A program made the position numbers and the translations under genes. This document shows positions 59,049-64,000 of a DNA stretch of 64,000 nucleotides, piece by piece. Every line of letters starts with the position of its first letter. Position 1 is the stretch's first letter. Under the pieces are notes generated by a model. The model was not told the origin of the DNA and ran no database searches. It saw only the letters and a program-made list of their open reading frames with translations. The DNA comes from an uncultured Roseivirgaceae bacterium (GTDB lineage: Bacteria; Bacteroidota; Bacteroidia; Cytophagales; Cyclobacteriaceae), in assembly GCA_964351395.1 (NCBI GenBank), contig CAYGOF010000011.1, forward strand, positions 829 through 64,828, in the 5' to 3' direction.

Positions 59049-60308
59049 TCAGGTCTTCTGTTTCTTCTTTTTAGCAGCTGGAAAAAGAATATTGTTCAAA
59101 ATCAGGCGATACCCTGGCGAATTAGGATGAAGGTTGAGGTCAGTCGGCGGATCTCCAACAAGGTGCTGATAGTCTTCTGGATCATGCCCTCCATAGAAGG
59201 TATAAAATCCTTTTCCAAAAATGCCATGTAGGTACTTTGCCTCTCCAATGCTTTTATTTTCTCCCATCACCACCACATCTGGTTTAACGGTGCTACTTCG
59301 AAATGAAGTTGTTTGTCCCATGAATCCTTTGATGATCCGCTCATGATTTTGGGTGAGCATGGTGGGTATAGGGTCCCATTTAGCGCTGAATTCAAACAAG
59401 TTGAAATAGTCATTTCTCTCTATAACCCCCCGTTCATTTGGTTGCATGTCGATACTGGAGTATTCGTACTCAAGAGGACGCCGCTCGAGTAGGAAATCAC
59501 CAAAGGCAAAAGTTTTGCCAAAATCTAGCTTTTGCTGTGCCCTTGGATCGGCAGGGTCTCCATCATACATGCTTTCGCAGATATCGATACCTTCTGCAGA
59601 TAATGCAATATCATAAGAGTCTGTAGCCGAGCACATGGCAAACAAAAAACCCCCACTGCCTACAAAATCCCTTATTTTTTTTACGACTCCCAGTTTCATC
59701 TGGGAAACCTTGGTGTAGCCGTGTTTTTGAGCCATTTCCTCGTAATCGCGCTGTTGCTCAATATACCAGGGATAGTTTCCATAGGCTCTGTAGAACTTTC
59801 CATACTGGCCTGTGAAGTCCTCATGATGCAAATGGAGCCAGTCATATTTGGGTAACTCGTCGTAAAGGATTTCATCATCGAAAATGATATCGTAAGGAAT
59901 TTCAGCGTAGGAGAGAACCATCGTTACCGCATCGTCCCAGGGTAGCTTACTTTTTGGGGAGTAAACAGCTATTTTTGGATACTTCTCCAGCCGCATAGCA
60001 TCCATGTTTGAAGAAGGGCTGGCAATCAGCTCAAGAATTTGGCCCGCTTCAGCATCAGAAATAACCTCATAACTCACTCCTCTAATAATCAGCTCATTTT
60101 CAAATGCTTGATAGTATTTGAACATAAAGCTACCCCCTCGGTAGTTCAGTAACCAATCGATTTCGATGTCTTTGGTCAACACCCAGTAGGCAACTCCGTA
60201 CGACTTGAGGTGGTTGGTCTGACTATTGTCCATCGGAATCAGGATGGAAGAGGAATAGCTTCTGCCCCATACTAACAAAATAGACAGGAACAATAATGTG
60301 CGTTTCAT
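59049..60308 (-). CDS. Conserved hypothetical secreted protein with a possible class-I glutamine-amidotransferase-like fold
   Basis: Signal peptide. Internal segment GSGGFLFAMCSATDS resembles a GATase1/DJ-1 nucleophile elbow. Otherwise unrecognised. Confidence 0.55.
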   Translation of the reverse strand: MKRTLLFLSILLVWGRSYSSSILIPMDNSQTNHLKSYGVAYWVLTKDIEIDWLLNYRGGSFMFKYYQAFENELIIRGVSYEVISDAEAGQILELIASPSSNMDAMRLEKYPKIAVYSPKSKLPWDDAVTMVLSYAEIPYDIIFDDEILYDELPKYDWLHLHHEDFTGQYGKFYRAYGNYPWYIEQQRDYEEMAQKHGYTKVSQMKLGVVKKIRDFVGSGGFLFAMCSATDSYDIALSAEGIDICESMYDGDPADPRAQQKLDFGKTFAFGDFLLERRPLEYEYSSIDMQPNERGVIERNDYFNLFEFSAKWDPIPTMLTQNHERIIKGFMGQTTSFRSSTVKPDVVVMGENKSIGEAKYLHGIFGKGFYTFYGGHDPEDYQHLVGDPPTDLNLHPNSPGYRLILNNILFPAAKKKKQKT

Positions 60309-60494
60309 CTATTGATATTTATACTGCTGATTATACGTATTGATCAATAAGTTTTAACAACCGGTAGTTGATCACGGTATTTGAGTTTTGCTAAGTTATT
60401 TACAATGATCAGCAACTTAAAGTTTCTTTCAATACAAATACACAAGAAACCGTGTTTGCATCCAATCAACGAATTTTGTCTCTAGTTGGTTTTT

Positions 60495-61319
60495 TTAAAA
60501 ATTGTTTTCAGCAAGCTGATCAGCCCTTGCTTTCAGTCTTTGTACAGCCCTGTTTCCCGGGTCAATTGCTAACGCTTTTCGAATGTATTTATTGGCATTT
60601 TCCAAATCCCCTTTTTTTAGATAAATATCTCCAAGAACCGCATAGGGCTTTGGTACTTTTTGGTTTTTAAAACATTTTTTTAGTTTAAATGCAAGCTCAA
60701 GCGCGCTATCATAATTGCCCAGGTCTGCCTCTAAGGTAGATTCGTAACCAATTAGAAACGGCGCGGGGTTCGTGCAAGAAGCATTGTAGCGTTTGAGGGT
60801 GTCAAGCGTTTTTTCTGGACCATAGAGATAGTTCATTACCTCAAAGTATTCCGAAATAAAGTAGATTTCGTCTGGGTATTTCTGGCCAATGATGCCAAAG
60901 TTTTTTATACCGGTTTGCAAGGCGATGCCAAGTTTTTGTGCGGTTTTTGCAGTATCCATTTCTTCTCTGGCATTAACAAACTCTATCAACTTGATGGATA
61001 CGTCGGCAACCAGTTGCTCATCTTCAGAAATCAAATGCTTCTTTTCATTGATTTGCTCGAGTAAACGGTATCTTTCATTGATGTCGGGTGAAATCCTTCC
61101 CACCAAACTTTGCCCGAGCACGAAATTGGGATCAAACGATACGGCCTTACGATATGACCTTTCCGCCTTGGTATAGTCGCCATAGTCCATGATTTGTTTC
61201 CAGCCTAGATAATAGTAATATCTGGCTGAATCCGACTCAGTACTTATAGGCAGTAACTGTGCTTTCGACTGAAGAAAAAATAGACTAAGTGTAATTAAAA
61301 GAACAAAACGCTTACTCAT
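60495..61319 (-). CDS. TPR-repeat secreted protein
   Basis: Signal peptide (MSKRFVLLITLSLFFLQSKAQ). TPR-like repeats (YAVLGDIYLKKGDLENANKYIRKALAIDPGN). Confidence 0.7.
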   Translation of the reverse strand: MSKRFVLLITLSLFFLQSKAQLLPISTESDSARYYYYLGWKQIMDYGDYTKAERSYRKAVSFDPNFVLGQSLVGRISPDINERYRLLEQINEKKHLISEDEQLVADVSIKLIEFVNAREEMDTAKTAQKLGIALQTGIKNFGIIGQKYPDEIYFISEYFEVMNYLYGPEKTLDTLKRYNASCTNPAPFLIGYESTLEADLGNYDSALELAFKLKKCFKNQKVPKPYAVLGDIYLKKGDLENANKYIRKALAIDPGNRAVQRLKARADQLAENNF

Positions 61320-61564
61320 AGAATGATTGTCGATACCTTATGCTCCTGTAAAAATAGGTAAGAGATTATCTCAAGGCAACATAGCCTCGGATGAAAGGCA
61401 ATACCAATGTTTTTCTAAATGATGTAAAAAGTAGTTGGAGGGAAGTTGACCTTAAATTAATTGGAAGAATAGGCATGATGAAGCTGTTTTTTTTGAGAAA
61501 TTTGAATGGATTTCAATGTTGTGTCGAAGCGATTCACAAATTGACTTATAGTTAAGATTTTTAT

Positions 61565-62803
61565 ATGATCATCATTGAGAATATTCGGGAAGGTTTCAAG
61601 GCGGTGCAAACAAACACCCTGAGGTCTGTGCTTACAGCGATGATTATCGCCATTGGTATTACATCGTTAGTAGGCATATTGACGGCAATTGAAGGAATCC
61701 AATCTTCAATCAATAGTAGCTTGTCAAATTTGGGTGCCAACACTTTTGATGTTAGAACAAAGCGATACGATAACCGCCGATCAGAGGGGGTCGAGCAAAA
61801 ACGATATCCACCTGTAAATTATAGAGAAGCAAGAAGATTCCTCGATCTATACAATTCCTATGGCACTCCTTCATTGGCGACCTGGGTAACAGGTATCGCA
61901 GAACTTAGCAGGGGATCGAAAGTCACAAATCCCAATATGAGGATTGTTGGTGGCGACGGAAATATTTTGGTGGTAGAGGGAGGAGAGTTATCACAGGGCC
62001 GTAATTTCTCGCAAATAGAAGCCCAGAATGGTGCCAATGTGGTGATTATCGGCAATGAGGTGTACACCAATCTGTTCGAGAAAAATGAAAATCCCATCAA
62101 TCAGTTTATCAAAGCCTACGGCATACGTTTCAGAGTAATTGGCGTATTGGAAAAACAAGGTAATATAGGTGGAGACAGCGGTCTGGATCGGTATTTTCTT
62201 GTTCCGCTCGAAACTGCGAGAAGGGTTGACCCCAGGAGGAGCCTTCAGTATACCATTAAGATCGCTATCGATGATCCCACCCAAATGGAGTATGCTATGG
62301 GCCAGGCAACAGGGTTGATGCGTTCTATCAGAAAAGACCCATTAGGAGAGCCTGATTCTTTTGATGTAGCAAGGAACCAATCGCTGGCAGAAAGCCTGGA
62401 AGAAATTACCGGTTACCTTAGGATTGGTGGTTTTGGTATTGGATTTATTACGCTACTCGGTGCGTCAATTGGCTTAATGAATATCATGCTGGTGTCAGTA
62501 ACAGAAAGAACCAGAGAAATTGGGGTGAGAAAAGCACTAGGTGCGTCGCCCACAAAAATCAGGCAGCAGTTTTTGATAGAAGCCATTGTTATCACTCAAA
62601 TGGGGGGAGTAGGAGGGGTTATTATGGGTATTGGTGTGGGTAACCTGATTGCCAAACTCCTCGAGGCCGATGGTTTTGTTATTCCCTGGTTTTGGATGAT
62701 GATTGGCCTTTTAATAGGCATGGTGGTTGGTATTCTTAGCGGGTATTTGCCAGCCTACAAAGCGTCAAAATTAGATCCTATAGAGTCTCTGCGATTTGAA
62801 TAA
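61565..62803 (+). CDS. ABC transporter permease, MacB/FtsX family
   Basis: N-terminal TM, MacB periplasmic core-like domain, and a C-terminal FtsX domain (ERTREIGVRKALGASPTKIRQQFLIEA ... YLPAYKASKLDPIESLR). Confidence 0.9.
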   Translation: MIIIENIREGFKAVQTNTLRSVLTAMIIAIGITSLVGILTAIEGIQSSINSSLSNLGANTFDVRTKRYDNRRSEGVEQKRYPPVNYREARRFLDLYNSYGTPSLATWVTGIAELSRGSKVTNPNMRIVGGDGNILVVEGGELSQGRNFSQIEAQNGANVVIIGNEVYTNLFEKNENPINQFIKAYGIRFRVIGVLEKQGNIGGDSGLDRYFLVPLETARRVDPRRSLQYTIKIAIDDPTQMEYAMGQATGLMRSIRKDPLGEPDSFDVARNQSLAESLEEITGYLRIGGFGIGFITLLGASIGLMNIMLVSVTERTREIGVRKALGASPTKIRQQFLIEAIVITQMGGVGGVIMGIGVGNLIAKLLEADGFVIPWFWMMIGLLIGMVVGILSGYLPAYKASKLDPIESLRFE

Positions 62804-62879
62804 TTGCGAGCTAGTGGTAACAATTTCGTAAATTGTGCTTTATTCGAAAAAGAATTCACTTTTCGTGCAAGTACAATGT

Positions 62880-63674
62880 ATGCGATCGATTAACTGGAAG
62901 TGCTTGTGTTTTTTTTTAGGCGTTTATTCCTTTTCCTTTCTTGCAAAAGGACAAGAACTTGCTTTCACAGGTGTGTACCAGGGGAAAGTGCTCTATATTC
63001 AAAATCCTCTTGCTGACGGCGTCGACGATTTCTGCGTCAAAGAGGTCCACTTGAATGGCAGGGTTCTGAACCTTAATCTTAAGTTATCTGCCCTTGAAAT
63101 TGACTTCAAAGGCCTTGACCTATACACGCCAGTGGCGATTAGGATCTTGCATGACACTATTTGTACCCCAAAAATTGTCAATCCCCAGGCTATTTTTTGG
63201 CACAGCTCTTTTCGTTTTAATTTTATTCAGATCGTTGAAGAGGAATTGAAATGGGAAACAAGGGGAGAAAGAGCCAGCGCGAATTATGTCATTGAAAAAC
63301 TAAATGGGGAAGACGATTGGTTTGAATTAGACGAAATGCCTTCCCAGGGCAAATTTGCGTCAAGCGAATATTCTTATTCTCCGGAGTTTACCGAGGGAAG
63401 TAACAAGTTTAGGGTAAAGTACCTTGCCAGCTCTTCCAGCTATCTATACTCAGATGAAGTGGAACTGGTCTTTTACAAAACACCCATTACATTCAGTCCA
63501 AAGGTAGTTTCCGACAAAATTACCCTCTCGCAAACTGCACCCTTCGAAATACTGAACGAACGGGAGGAAGTAATTCTAACGGGAAATGCCAAGGAAATAC
63601 CCCTGCGGCTATTAAAGCCTGGCACCTATTACATTATCCTGGATGGCTACAAAGAGTCGTTCGTTAAGAAGTAA
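62880..63674 (+). CDS. Hypothetical secreted protein with a beta-sandwich-like C-terminal tail
   Basis: Start taken at MRSINWKCLCFFLGVYSFSFLA, a signal peptide; the ORF track starts at an upstream GTG (62835). The C-terminal segment (EVILTGNAKEIPLRLLKPGTYYIILDG) loosely resembles sorting/Ig-like tails. Confidence 0.55.
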   Translation: MRSINWKCLCFFLGVYSFSFLAKGQELAFTGVYQGKVLYIQNPLADGVDDFCVKEVHLNGRVLNLNLKLSALEIDFKGLDLYTPVAIRILHDTICTPKIVNPQAIFWHSSFRFNFIQIVEEELKWETRGERASANYVIEKLNGEDDWFELDEMPSQGKFASSEYSYSPEFTEGSNKFRVKYLASSSSYLYSDEVELVFYKTPITFSPKVVSDKITLSQTAPFEILNEREEVILTGNAKEIPLRLLKPGTYYIILDGYKESFVKK

Positions 63675-63679
63675 TTAAC

Positions 63680-64000
63680 CTAAATAAGTTGAATTCCGAA
63701 GAAGCGGTCGAGTACCGTTAATACGAAGATCAGTCCTAGTGCGATTGGGCAAAAGTAACTAACCATTAGGTTGATAAATTTCTCTACAAACGACCCATGA
63801 TAATTTGGGTATCCCTGCGCAATTTCCTCATTCAAGTTGTGTTTTTTCCAAACATAGGCTCCAAAAAATGAAATCAGGCAACCGCCGAGTGGGAGTAGAC
63901 TATCGTTTGCTACATCGCCAACAAAAGTCATAAAGTCAGTGGGATTGTCATTGCCCATATAGGTAATGAAAGAGGAGAAGAAGCCAGAGTACCCATTTGC
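63680..64000 (-). CDS. Sodium-dependent transporter (SNF/neurotransmitter:sodium symporter family), C-terminal fragment; gene continues beyond the window
   Basis: The frame stays open to the window edge (…ANGYSGFFSSFITYMGNDNP…). Hydrophobic C-terminal TM segments (LLPLGGCLISFFGAYVW, YFCPIALGLIFVLTVL) are typical of SNF-family tails. Confidence 0.7.
   Translation of the reverse strand, partial: ANGYSGFFSSFITYMGNDNPTDFMTFVGDVANDSLLPLGGCLISFFGAYVWKKHNLNEEIAQGYPNYHGSFVEKFINLMVSYFCPIALGLIFVLTVLDRFFGIQLI

Noticed and set aside
61475-61555. 26-codon ORF (MMKLFFLRNLNGFQCCVEAIHKLTYS) upstream of the ABC permease gene
   Set aside because: It is too short to support without conservation or ribosome-profiling data, and nothing suggests a leader peptide or bacteriocin.

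Overview
This 64-kb segment looks like chromosomal DNA from a Bacteroidota genome (Cytophagia- or Flavobacteriia-like). Evidence for that: lipoprotein and secreted proteins with beta-sandwich tails, an ECF-sigma/FecR module, TAnnTTTG-type -7 promoter boxes, and no obvious Shine-Dalgarno sites. About 55 protein genes are packed tightly. Housekeeping genes include gyrB, ppk1, lpxK, proC, miaE, a Nif3/zinc-ribbon pair and a menaquinone set (menF-menD-menB plus menE). Catabolic genes include kynA next to a glutaryl-CoA dehydrogenase, a Rieske oxygenase, an FMN-dependent alpha-hydroxy-acid oxidase, a two-subunit molybdopterin oxidoreductase, an amylosucrase-like GH13 with an SLC45-type transporter, and a copper amine oxidase. 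Two two-component systems are present, one NarL-type with a TPR sensor kinase and one OmpR-type. I recognised no rRNA, tRNA, CRISPR array, transposase, integrase or prophage genes. The most unusual signals are non-coding. (1) A GC-rich intergenic island at about 1985-2295 holds about 13 copies of the 12-bp palindrome GGTTGCGCAACC on a strict 23-bp period. (2) Two inverted arrays of 7-bp repeats lie at 11691-11852. (3) A 3 x 21-bp tandem repeat lies at 15559-15621. (4) A perfect 16-bp direct repeat brackets the copper amine oxidase gene. At the protein level, the standouts are an ECF-sigma/FecR pair whose STN signalling domain sits on a protein with no recognisable TonB-dependent plug or barrel, and an XRE-HTH/S24 (LexA-like) repressor preceded by an orphan small ORF. 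I found no clear multi-gene novel system such as a defence island. All protein calls rest on motifs I recognised in the supplied translations, not on database searches. Start codons are often uncertain.
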